From Amoebophrya sp. A120 (taxonomy: Eukaryota > Protista > Dinoflagellata), in the NCBI GenBank assembly GCA_905178155.1, contig CAJINV010000001.1, forward strand, positions 15,066,142-15,130,141: 64,000 nt of DNA, written 5' to 3'. The notes beneath the pieces are model-generated. The model searched no databases. It saw nothing but the letters and a program-made list of their open reading frames with translations, and was not told the DNA's origin. Shown here in pieces: positions 13,427 to 24,600 of this stretch (position 1 is the first letter of the stretch; each line of letters starts with the position of its first letter). The translations under genes were made by a program, and so were the position numbers.

Positions 13427-14799
13427 CTAGCCTTGCGTTCTTGCGCTTGCATCACTGCCGTACAACGGCGTTTCGAGCAACATCGGCCAGCATGTTCTGA
13501 TAATCCTCTTACACACAAACGCTGAAAGCTTCGCTCGCTCCACCCAGGCGTAATCCTCCACAGGAGACTCTTCCGGGACCGTCATTGTGCCGACCCGTTG
13601 CGGCGTTACGCGCCCACGGTAGTAGAAGACCTCGTATGATTTTTGATCACGCACATTCAACATGGAAACCGCATTATGCCACAAAGATGAAGCTAGATGC
13701 AGCTTTAGCAGCAAATAATGGTATAACTCACAAACCTTACCTTCCTTCTCGAGACAAACCGTTCAAAAGACGCCGGCGCCTTTCCAACAAAAGTCAGGTC
13801 GTTCATGCCAAGCTGCTCGTGAGCCAGCAGCTCCAAGGTGTGCCGCATTCCGGTGTCGGCTAGTACATTCGCACGCGGAAAGGTCCATCGGTCGGTACCT
13901 CGGTACTTCACGAGTAAGTACAGCACGGTCCTTGGCGCCTTCGTGAGAGAACGCAGGCTGCCTTCCTGGCCGGAGTCGATCCCGCCGTCGGCCGCTCTAC
14001 TCGCGGATTTGGAACGCGCCTGACCATAGGTTTAAGTATGTAGAGCGTTTCATCAGGTACAGGTACTGAGCGAAAACTACAATCAATCTTCAGTGACAAT
14101 GCAAACTAAACGCAGTCTACATTCGGGCAGAAAAACACGAACTTTTGTTTATTCGTGTCAAATTATATTTACCTTTTTCCCCCTTCCCATGCCCTTGATC
14201 GTCATACCACCATCCCCTCCAGCGACGGCAAGGCCGCTGCCAAACGGGTCTGTTGGCGCAAGGAGTTGCTCCAGTTCGCTGATCTGGGGCTCGTCTTCTC
14301 TGCTAGCAGCCCCGCCGTTTGATGTACCGCTTGTTCTAGTGTCAGTAGTGCTCTCTTTGTTCCCTTCCTTCTGCCGGTTCAGCCACTGCTCCTCGTCGCA
14401 CTTGTCTAGAAACTGGGTCGGGAAATGCATGTAAGCTAATTCGTCCGCAAGGTCCAAGTCGTTCCCCGTGCGCTGTTTCCAATCCGCTTGAAACAAACGC
14501 CACCGTCTCGCCCAGGGCGGCTCGACAAACTCGGTGGGCAGGCGCTCCAACACGAGTGCCGCCTGTAGCCGGTCGCCGTCGTGTACGCAGTAGCGTTGGG
14601 AGGAAAAGTGCTTGACGGGGGGCAGCGCTGTCTTTGTTCCAAATGGGTTAGATACCACCGCCGGCGGGTTCGAGAGGCTTCGGGTGGTTGTGCCCCGAAC
14701 TTTCGTCCATGGCCCAGTACTAGAGACACTCGTCCCCGTGGCAATGGAAAACGGGAGAGACACCATCGGACGATGACCCGGCATCAGCATCAGAAACAC
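13427..14799 (-). CDS. MRPL46: Mitochondrial ribosomal protein mL46 (Nudix-like); exons to 14173, 14019-13741, 13630-13427
   Basis: Motifs LERLP..., SLRSL...LYLLVK...WTFP, KVFYY and DYAWV match mL46. Two GT-AG-compatible introns. Confidence 0.8.
13635..13739. mobile_element. Degenerate introner inside a GT-AG intron of mL46
   Basis: Ends TATGATTTTTGA and TCACAAACCTTA form an imperfect inverted repeat. Flanks CCTCG/CCTTC. Intron 13631-13740 equals element plus 5 bp. Confidence 0.5.
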
Positions 14800-15061
14800 G
14801 AACGCAATTAAGTAATCAGTGCCACCTGCAAAAACAACGTGCTATTGGAAGATGAATCCGAGAGCTGAAACTTAGCGCGGCCGCTGTATAACGACTAGCT
14901 ACGTCAAACGACAAAGCTGAAGCCACACGAATCCATGCAGCTTCAGCCAAAACTGAGACTAAGTCGAACAATTCTTCAAGTAGTCACTAACAGGCATCGA
15001 GAGCATGATCGCGCTCTATCCAAACCTCAGCAATGTGCTGCTTTGAAATATCAGTCGATCG

Positions 15062-16879
15062 CTAGTCTGTAATGCGTAAAACAGGAAATCCAGAAAAAAA
15101 CGACGGGGCGCGTTCAAAGTTCTCCACCACTGCGTGCATGGACTTGGCGACAAGATTTGCGTTGCTCCGATCTACTTCCTCGCAGCGGGCGAATATTTCT
15201 TCCTTCGTGTAACCCGGAATGCACTGATTCCGGATTTTTAACCGCTCCACTGCCTCATCGACCGTGACCGTGTCCAGCACGATTGCGCCATCCAAATATC
15301 TCCGCACCTCAGGCCAGTACAAAGGATACAAGCCCTCGAGCAACAAGATCCTCGTCCTTGCTGCCTTGAAACTTTGCGCCTTGAACTTCCCACTGAGCTT
15401 CAGACATACACCGACACCTTCCTCATAAACCGGATCGCCCCTCGCGTGGTCAAACGCGGGCCAGTCCACCGTGGGAAGAACATCTTTATTCCCATATCCC
15501 TTCTGCACGTTGTCCGCGTCCTTGTGTAAAATTTGGCGTATTTCCGACAATTTTGCAACTAGAGCATCGTGATCGAACGTCTCCGGCGCTCCACGCCAAT
15601 ACACACCCGCGTCCCCTTGCTCCTCTCTCAACCTCTCCAAGGGTATGTGAAAACCATCAACCGGCAGAATTTCCAGGCCCGGGTAGACTCGGCGTAAAAG
15701 ATCGCTCGCCGTGCTCTTTCCCGAGCCCGGGACACCAACCAGTCCGATGATGCGAACATGGTCAATGAAGTGATGATGACCCTGATTCCTGCCGGGTACT
15801 TTCTCGAAGAAATCTACTGCGTCTGCGACAAAATTGGTCCGAAGTGTCGGGGCAGAGATGGCAAACGCAAGACTTGCTGCAGCAAGGGCTTCAGACACGT
15901 CCTCCCCATTGTGGCTTCCGCTGTACAAGCTGTACGAGGCTAGGTGATCCCGATCACCAATGTCGTTTAACACCCCGCAGTACCGTTGCAAGAACTTCTT
16001 GTACTCGTCGCGCGTTTTCAGGGTCGCGAATTCGTCTTCTGGGCTCAACAAAAAGTGGATCTGCAACCTCACGCTGGGTTCTCTGGCTAAAAATTGTTTC
16101 ACTGGTTCGAAAATATGGGCAAGGTTCTCGTCAGTCAAATCCGTAGAAAATAAATCGTCTTCGGTGAGTTTCCCGTACAAGGAGGCAGCACGATACTTGG
16201 TGATCGCCGGCGTGTCAAAGGCCTTATGAGCGAGCGTGGCCGACTCTAGCAAATGCTCCTTGCTGTCACTATTTTCGTTTCTTTCCAGCTCCTGCTGCAG
16301 CAGTTTCACCGCGTCTGGATCATTGGAAAGAATCTGGTTGGTAGCTTCTCGATCCGAAACTGCGCCCTGCAGAATAATCTGGATTTTTCCGTACTCTGGC
16401 ATACTGTCCAAGATACGATCGGAGCTGGCATTTACTGCGTTCAGCTTTTCGCAATAATGCACAAGCCAACGTAAAAAAATCTGGCAGCCTGTGCTATGTC
16501 CGACCAGCAAGAGGTCCTGAATTGGTGCCATGCCTGTTACCACACGGCCTTTCACCGCCGCCAGCAACTCCTCAATGTCTTGTACATCGTCCGCGAGTGT
16601 GTGAAACCCAAATTGTGAGTAGCTTGACCTCAGAACCGGCTGCACTACCAACCAATCGCCCTGCTCTACCAACTTTTCTCCCAAACAGGACAACCATGGA
16701 ACCGTACAGAATCCGTCGCCCAAGCCGGGAAGGAGGATGCATAGCTTGGACTTGCGCCCCTGTCCCCGGTCAGGGAAGGAATCAAAATCGAAGTAGCAGA
16801 GCTTGCTCGTGTAAGGCACCAGTCGTCCTTTTGGCCACGCTGATGCTCCCCCATCCCAATGAAGTGCCTCCACGTCCAT
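15062..16879 (-). CDS. Fusion of a DUF1749/UPF0613 alpha/beta hydrolase and a YggC/FrcK-like (uridine/pantothenate kinase family) P-loop kinase
   Basis: N-half: PGLGDG, LRSSYSQFG, DDVQDI, GHSTGCQ, LQGAVSDRE, EDDLFSTDL. C-half: GVPGSGKST, DGFH, RGAPETFD, FDHARGDP, LLEGLY. Confidence 0.85.
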   Translation of the reverse strand: MDVEALHWDGGASAWPKGRLVPYTSKLCYFDFDSFPDRGQGRKSKLCILLPGLGDGFCTVPWLSCLGEKLVEQGDWLVVQPVLRSSYSQFGFHTLADDVQDIEELLAAVKGRVVTGMAPIQDLLLVGHSTGCQIFLRWLVHYCEKLNAVNASSDRILDSMPEYGKIQIILQGAVSDREATNQILSNDPDAVKLLQQELERNENSDSKEHLLESATLAHKAFDTPAITKYRAASLYGKLTEDDLFSTDLTDENLAHIFEPVKQFLAREPSVRLQIHFLLSPEDEFATLKTRDEYKKFLQRYCGVLNDIGDRDHLASYSLYSGSHNGEDVSEALAAASLAFAISAPTLRTNFVADAVDFFEKVPGRNQGHHHFIDHVRIIGLVGVPGSGKSTASDLLRRVYPGLEILPVDGFHIPLERLREEQGDAGVYWRGAPETFDHDALVAKLSEIRQILHKDADNVQKGYGNKDVLPTVDWPAFDHARGDPVYEEGVGVCLKLSGKFKAQSFKAARTRILLLEGLYPLYWPEVRRYLDGAIVLDTVTVDEAVERLKIRNQCIPGYTKEEIFARCEEVDRSNANLVAKSMHAVVENFERAPSFFSGFPVLRITD

Positions 16880-17412
16880 AGTTCGTGTCCCGGGTTTGCT
16901 TTAGGTACGTAAAAAGAGAAGTAAACATAGGAGCTCTAGGTGCGCACTTAAACTTAGGCCGGCTCAGTCAAAAAAGAAACGGCATCGCTGAGAGAAGCAG
17001 GAAAGTTGCAAAAGCCTGTCGCAGTAGCAAATCTTGTGACACACAGGGAAGACAGATCGAAAAAAAAATTGAGAACGCTGGGATCCGAAGCCTTTAGATC
17101 AATGTTGATGTTTTTCAGAGACGTTGTGAACTTTGGGACCGGCAAAGCGGCGAACAACGAAAGGCGGGTTCCGGGACGACCGGCCGTCGCGTCCCAGTTG
17201 GAGGAGGGTTTTCACGCTCTCAATCATTGAACAGGAAAATTCGAATTCCACTTGTTTTGCTTTGTTCATCGCAAAAAAGACAATGTGCATTTTTGTCCCC
17301 AAAAACCGCCACTCGATGTCAAACAAACTAGATGAAACCTGGTAACTTCATACATGGTCACCACCACTTGCACGTGCATTCATGACGACAAAAAAAACAA
17401 GTAGCTGAATAT

Positions 17413-18135
17413 TCATCTTATCCCTCCACGAAAAGCATCTTCTTGCAGCTTCGGAAACTCCAGCTTTCCCTCCCCGACTTCCAGAAACGACCCATCTGCT
17501 TCCCGCTCGACCTCGTAAAAGTAGTCCGGGATGCTGTGGTAGAAAACCCGGGTTATCTTGCCCTGGTTGTACGGCGTGCTTCCGGAGGTCAGCACGACGC
17601 GCTCCCCCTTGTCGAACAGATTGAAGTAACTCCCCGGAACACGCTCAAACACCAGCGCGCACTGGTACTTACTCAGGGTGTTCCCCCGCTCGTGCACCCA
17701 GTCCCCGGTAAACACGTGCTCGCTGTGGCGCCTCAGATCCACGGTAAACATCGGGGGACCCTTGATCGCCTTCATCGGCAGGCTGGACGGATGTGAAGAT
17801 GTCGTGTGCTGACCAATTTTACTGGTATTTGCCCCGCCAGCTTCGTACTGCGGTGTAAACTCAAACAGTGTGTACTTCAGCTGTACCGGGGACATCCAGC
17901 CCTCCAACGCGGTTTGCAAAGCGCCGACCTTGCAGAGCCCGGAAACCGGCGCTTTTCCGCCCCCAGTCGTGTCCTCGCCAATGATAAGGTCAAAGGAGTA
18001 ATTGCCGCCCTGGTACATGAATTTGACCTTCTTTGCGTGCGACGGCAGTTGCTCCCCCTTCGACGGCGCCGAGGCGGACGAGGATGCCATTTTGTTTCGA
18101 GGCTTGCTGTTACCCTTTTTCACCACAGCCACCAT
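17413..18135 (-). CDS. Hypothetical protein (start at 18135 or 18090)
   Basis: ORF of about 240 aa with GC3-biased codons. Confidence 0.65.
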   Translation of the reverse strand: MVAVVKKGNSKPRNKMASSSASAPSKGEQLPSHAKKVKFMYQGGNYSFDLIIGEDTTGGGKAPVSGLCKVGALQTALEGWMSPVQLKYTLFEFTPQYEAGGANTSKIGQHTTSSHPSSLPMKAIKGPPMFTVDLRRHSEHVFTGDWVHERGNTLSKYQCALVFERVPGSYFNLFDKGERVVLTSGSTPYNQGKITRVFYHSIPDYFYEVEREADGSFLEVGEGKLEFPKLQEDAFRGGIR

Positions 18136-18729
18136 GGAAAAAACGTGACGAAAAGACGTTGTGCGAAAAGGACAGATGAGCACACGTGTCGCTCACGACA
18201 GTCGAAAAAAAAACTCGTGACACTCAACTGTGGGCTGACGTGACGGTGTGTCTCTTGGTAAAGGTCCGTTCAAATGATGAAATTTGTTGCAGGTCTGCGG
18301 TTTTGCCTTTTGATCGACTCTCATTATCCCTCGTCAAACAAACTGCTTCGCTCTCACTCAAAAGGCAATTTTGCTGTTTAGCGACGTTGAGGACGTTCCC
18401 GGCCCCTACTTCAGAGACATCTAGCAACTACCCTTGAGCCGTGCGTTGCTCTTCGTCCTCGTTTTGCCCTTCGAAATACTTGCTACATATGTTAAGGAAA
18501 TGTTGTTCGGGTAAGAATCCATTTTGCACCGCAGAAAAGTGTACTCTCTTCATCATACCGAGGTCGTTATCATGAGAAAGCAACCTTCAATGAGACATGA
18601 AACGGGGATCATGTTACAACTTTCTGGTAAGTTCGTATTGTAAAGCGAAACGGGTCAAGGGAATTATAAGAAGAGTTCTACTATCTAAAATCACATTTCG
18701 ACAAAGCCTGATAAAAGAATCTGTTCCTA

Positions 18730-20968
18730 TCACCTGCCCCGTCGTTTGTTCTTCTCCTTCTCCTCTTTGATTTTCTGGTACCTCTCGATGCAGCCCATAA
18801 TAATCGTCTGCACTTGCTCTTCCTCCGCCGCGAAGATACCGGGGGAGTACTCTACCCCCTCGAGCGCCCGGGGTGTCATCTCGAAACTGAACGGTCGACA
18901 AGACTCGTTATCGTACAATTTTCGGAACTGGATGTACCGGATGTCTTCCGGGCGGTAGTACATCAAATCCTTGGTCTATCAAATGCAAATATGTAGTCTG
19001 GGTCTAAAAGGATGCGAACTTGTGATCATGTATGTTGCGAATCATACAAGAACCTGTATTGCATGACTTGCAAAAGCTGTCCATTTCTGGCCATGCTGAG
19101 AGGGCATTTCTCATGCAGAATAGGCATCACCAAGAGGCTGCAGAACCTGTGATGCTATGCCCTGCATTGCAGACGTGGCGGAGCTTGGAAAAACTGCATG
19201 ACAAATCTCGGAATCTTCCAGACCCAGACATATTTGCATTTGATATGTTCTCTTTCGCGGAATGGTAGCACAGACTCCCGTTCTTCGCGAGCCACATGCG
19301 CCTCTGCAGCCAGTCGCTCGGGTTGTGCGGATCGCCGTCGTGGTTCAGCTTCCACAGTTGCGCCTCGTACACCGGCTTGAAGTCGTCTTTGTTGCTGGTT
19401 TTGTCCCGCCGGTTCCGGATCATCATGCGAAACTCCCGGAAGTCCTGGTGGATCCCGAGCTGCGCCTTGAACGCCGCGTCGAGCGCGCCCACGGCGTCGG
19501 GGTTATGGATCACGTGCTCCAGCACCGCCCCCCACTGCTGCAGCGACTCCGCCGTTTCGCACGCGAACCAGTGGGACTCGTGGTCGGTGCCGTTGGTAAC
19601 CGAATCCAGCATGAAAGCGAACGGCAGCGCGCAGTCGCCGTTCTCCAGCCGAATCACGTTCGCGGTGGACAAGTGCGCGCGGTCCATCAGGATCAGCCGC
19701 TTCGCCTGTTTCTGCGAGAAGTAGCACAAGTCGCCCTTGCTGGAAAGCCACATGTCTCGCTTCAACCAGTGATCCTTGTTTTTCTTGTCGCCGTCGGAAT
19801 TCAGTTTGAACATCATGCCCTTCATCATCGGCGGTTTGTCCGTGGCGGAATCCTGCAGCCGCTGGTTCCGCTTCTTCTTGATGTTATCCGCCATGGCGCC
19901 GCCCAAGTGCGCCGGGGTTCCCGCGCCCTCGGCGGTGGGCACGTCTAACCCGGGGACCTCGACGTTGGCAACGAAGGGGTGTGCCATGCACTGGGCGAGC
20001 GACCACCGCTCCGCCGGCCTTTTGGTCAGCATTTTCACGCAGACCAAATCGACGAACTGGGGGTCGAAATTCTGCACCTCCGGGACGAAAGGAACCGCGT
20101 TCGCTGGGTTCGCGAGCCAGGCGAGAAATTGAAACGTGCACTGATTTGGGTCGCCGCACGCACGCATGATTTCCTTGAACACGTTTTTTAACACCACGTC
20201 CAAGGTCACCAGCTCCGCGATGGAGATCCCGGTCGACCAGACGTCCAACTTATCCACAATTGGCAAGTATTCCCCCGGCGGGTCCACCAAAAAGTTCGCC
20301 CACTCCGGCGCACAGTAGATCGGCGAAAACGCGACCGAGGCGTCGCCCGGGTAGAGTTTGTAGTCGATGTCCGTACAACCGTCGACGTCGATGATCTTCC
20401 ACGTGCCGTTGGAAGCCATGATGTTCTCGGGCTTCACATCCAAATGCGTCAAGTTCTTCGCGTGCAAAATCCCCATGGCAATCAGAAACGCCTTGGTTAA
20501 CTGTGCCACCGTTGCCTTGTCCAGCGGCTGCCCGGATTTCGCTCTTTCCTCGATGAAGTCCTTCATGCTGTAGTCCGCTTTCTCTGTGATCAAGTAGACC
20601 ACCCCGTCCTTGGCGTCTATACCAGGCCTCCCGTCTGCTTGAACGGAATACGCGCACATCTCTAAAAAAGCCTTCTTCGGGTTCACTTGCCAGAAGAGCG
20701 GGTGCTTCAAATAGTCGTACTTGATCTTGTTCGGATCTACTGGCTCCATTAAAAGGTTCAAAATGTCGATTTGCTTTTGAAACTTCTCCAGATTCATGGA
20801 CGGATTCTTGGCCCAAACGTCCATCTTAAACGTTTTCACCGCGACAACCATCCCTGTTTGAATATCGGTCCCCTTCTGGACAAAGGAGAAACTCCCCTCG
20901 CCCAGGAAACCCGCTTTCCCCGTGACCATCTCGTAGCGGCCCAGAATCAACTGCGTGCCCGGCGCCAT
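18730..20968 (-). CDS. Ser/Thr protein kinase with two tandem PH-like domains; exons 20968-19246 and 18971-18730
   Basis: GEGSFSFV, VAVK, HLDVKPEN, YCAPEW, DVWSTG. Duplicated KLNxDGD...W..R.MWL...G.LCY.S PH repeat. Introner removal gives AKENKDLMYYRP. Confidence 0.88.
18977..19245. mobile_element. Introner family A, DR TGGTC/TGTTC
   Basis: Family A TIRs and interior. Removal plus 5 bp restores the PH domain. Confidence 0.9.
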
Positions 20969-21687
20969 TTTGGATAGTGCTTGAGGTTGTTCTAAGATGA
21001 AAGAGGTATGATGTTACCACAGGAACAGGTGATTGTTGAATTTTCAATGGCTTATTCGGAATGCGAGGTGATGACTTGCTGTTTGTGGAAGTGATTTTCT
21101 AGAAGTACTAAATGTCTACTCCAAGAGTGAAGGACTCAGCATTGGTGCATCGTAGTCCGGGATACGGACAAGAGCAGGAGGGGGATTGAGTAGAGCTCGA
21201 TTGGTGTACCTGTCACGATTTGAAAGTTGAGATTGATAAGAGTAAAACGAAAGGAAGAAGCAAAACGAAAACGAGTTACACAATGGAACGACGACGCAAG
21301 TTTATTTCTGCACGTATAGCATTTGCGAGAGCATCTTGCACGGTCACCGATTTCGAAGTCCGACCAGGGCGTGTTTGGAAAGTGAAACCGAGAATCAAAC
21401 TCTACAAGTTCGTGTACGACCGATCTGATTATTTTGTTGTTCGCACGACTAAAGTTGTAAAGCTAGAGTGCCGACTGCAAAAACTGTATGGCCTCATTGA
21501 GAACACATCCGCAGGCACGTCTTAATCCAATGTCGAAGTGCAACTGTCTTGTGGAATAGACCATGATGTAGTGTGTAACTAGTACTTTCTTTTACTCTTA
21601 TCATGCCTGCAAAGAATGCACCATCAACTAGTCGCGTGTTCATCCGAGAAAACAAACCAGTTACAACGTTTGACGCAGTGCGTCTGC

Positions 21688-24600
21688 TCACAGTGGCACT
21701 GGTCCTCGTCTCTTGCCCTGTTTTTTCTTCTCTTGCTTCTTCGTCATGTCCTTCTTCCCCCCACTCCAGATCGCGAACGACCTCGGCCGGGCCTGCTTCG
21801 ACCGGATCTTTTCCTCTTGTCGCTCCCAGTAGGCGGCCTTGATCGTCGCTAACCTCTTCTGTCGGTAGCTCTTGTCCTGCTTCATCTTCATGTCGTCCTG
21901 CCGTTTCCTCAGCTTTTTGATGTCCGCGGCCGTTCGCGTGATCGGCCCTCCTGCTTTGCCGTGCGAGACCGGGTTTGCGGACTGCTTCTCCTGCTTGGCC
22001 AGCCGTCGCTTCTGCTTGTTTGTTAGGTACTTGGAGTCGACCTCGCCGAAGAAGGGGACAATAGGCTTCTTCGTTACCGCTTTGCCATCCTCGTCGAACT
22101 CGACCGCGCCGGAGGCATCTCCTGCATCATCGTCTACGGTGTCGGTGGCGGTACCTGTTGAGAGTGGAATGGAGCAATTGAGAAAAGGCACGGAAAAGGA
22201 TCATTTCCCAGCTTACGATAGTATCAATAAAGACAGTTGGTGCGACTGAGTAAGGAGAACGACGAGCCGAGAAAAAAAATTATCAAGCTCTTATACCGTT
22301 TTTCTTGCTCGCGAGGAAGCTGAGCGCGGCGTTGCTGTTTTCGAGTTCGCCGACCTGCTGGATGCGCTGCTTCTGCGTCTTCGACCATTTGGCGTAGGCG
22401 TCAGTGCGCTTTGCGTCGCCGCTGACCTGTTAATTATGTTAAAAATTTCGACTGTCTCAATGCTGTGTGGTGAAGAGTGGAAACTTAAGCGAAGAACTCA
22501 AGCGAAGCACTACTCAAGCGACGTACTACTTAAGCGAAACTACTTAAGCGACGCACTACTTAAGCGACACACTACTTTAGAGGAGCACTACTTAAGAGGA
22601 GCACTACTTAAGCGAAGGAAGTACTACTTAAGCAAGGCACTACTGAAGCGCTGCACTACTTAAGCGACGCACTACTTAAGGAAAGCACTACTTATGCGAA
22701 GCACTTAAGCGAAAGACTTAAGCGAAACACATAAGCGAAACACTTAAGCGAACTGTAAGCGAAACACTAAGGCGCAACACTTAAGCGAAACACTTAACTG
22801 AAATACTTAAGCGAAACACATAAGCGAAACACATAAGCGAAACACATAAGCGAAGCACTGAAGTGAAACACTTCAGCGAAACACTTAAGGAGCGAAACGC
22901 TTGAGGAGCGCAACACTTTTTAAGCGAATCGCTTACAACCTGAAGCAGTTGAAGTAGCACGTAAGGAAACTATAAAAACATCCAGCATTCGTACCTTCTT
23001 CCCGGCCTCGTTCGTTCGGTTCTTCTCCCGAATCGCCTTGCCATCGGCGCCGATCTTCACTTGCAGGTACTTCTTTTTCTTGGCGTCCCACCTTCTCACA
23101 AACTGTTGCTTCTGCAACTCCTTGCCGTCATCCCCCATGATGTTGAGCTCGTAACGGTCGAGGTCCAACCCGCGGTCCTTCGCGTCCTCCTCGATCGTTC
23201 GATCGGTGGACAGAAAAAATTGCTCATCCCGAAAGCCCTGCTCCGCGCGGGAGAAGATGTCCTCGCCCACATCCGCGGCCTTGTTGGTAGCGGTAGGAAG
23301 GGCTCGGGGGATTTTTGGCGTTTGTGCATGTATCTTGCTAGAAGTAGCGATTTGATGGCTCGTGGTGTTTTTTGATCTTGCTGATGTTGAAGAACTGGAA
23401 GTAGATTTGGTTGCTGGAATTTGATGTTCGCTTTGATTATACTCAGCAACCTCAATATTCCAGTCGTCCGCGTCGGAATCGTCGTCGTCCATGTAGGTCG
23501 AAGCTATTTGCTTTGCATCCTCCTCCGCAGCAGCAGCAGTACTACTTGGCTTCGAATTTTGCTGTTTCCTTGGTGCCGCACTTTCTGTTCGCTGCCTCTT
23601 CAGCTGTTTCCTCTCTGCTTTCGACAGCTTTTTAATCCCGTTCGCTTCTTCCCCGGCATCTGACGCTGTTGTGCCATCTCCGTCATTTTTACTTCTCTTG
23701 TTGCTGTTCCTTTTCAAGGCGGTTTTTTCTTCCTGGTCGTCCTCCATGTTTTTCTGCAGCATGGACTGTCTGACTTTGACGCAGCCCTCCTGGAAAGCGC
23801 GCTTCTCCTCTAGAACGTTCTATCAAATGTAAAAATGTCTGGGTCTGGAAGAATGCATGTCTGTCATGCTTGTCTGGCATGACTCTTAAATCTGTCATGC
23901 ACGTTGCCCAAGAGCCCCATTTTTCTGTCATGCAGAAACGCAGTTTGTCATGCAGAATAGGCAACACCTAGAGGCTCCGAAACTTGTCATGCTGGGCCAG
24001 CACTTGTGGCCTCATCGTGATACGCCACCCAGCATCACAAATTTCCAGACCCAGACATTTTTGCATTTGATACGTTCTTCATGTTCGCGATGGCGTCAGT
24101 TGAAATCGCGCTGTAAGCGGCCTGTTTCTTCGCGCACACTTGACTTGGCCTGTACTCGCGGATTCCGGCACGAAGGTTCTGGACGTAGGAGCTGGTGGCT
24201 GTGATCGGAGCTTGAGGTTGCTTGTTCTCTGCCGCAGGAGTGTCTATTCCATCCTTTTCCTCAGCCTGCTTTTCCTTCTTTTTCCCGCTCTGGCCTACTG
24301 CGTGCTTCAAAAAGCTCCGAACCAAATCACCAACCTCGGCCGGCTGGTTACTATTTTTCGATGCTTCAGCATTCGGACCACTCTGTGAAGCAGACGCATT
24401 ACTTTTCCCATTCTCTTTCGCTGTTTGGTCGTAACTTGGGTGGATCAAGCACTGCATCTTCTGCGGGCCGCCGATGTCGGCGAGCAGCTCCTTGGCGCGT
24501 CTTACGGACTGCTTTGACGCGGGTGGGCGCGTCTTGAAGTACTGGATGTAACTCGCAGTCATCGACTTGGATAAGGTTACCAAATCGTTTCCGGGATCAT

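Noticed and set aside
22480-22927. CRISPR-like array
   Set aside because: Units are contiguous and degenerate, with no spacers or cas genes, in a eukaryotic intron.
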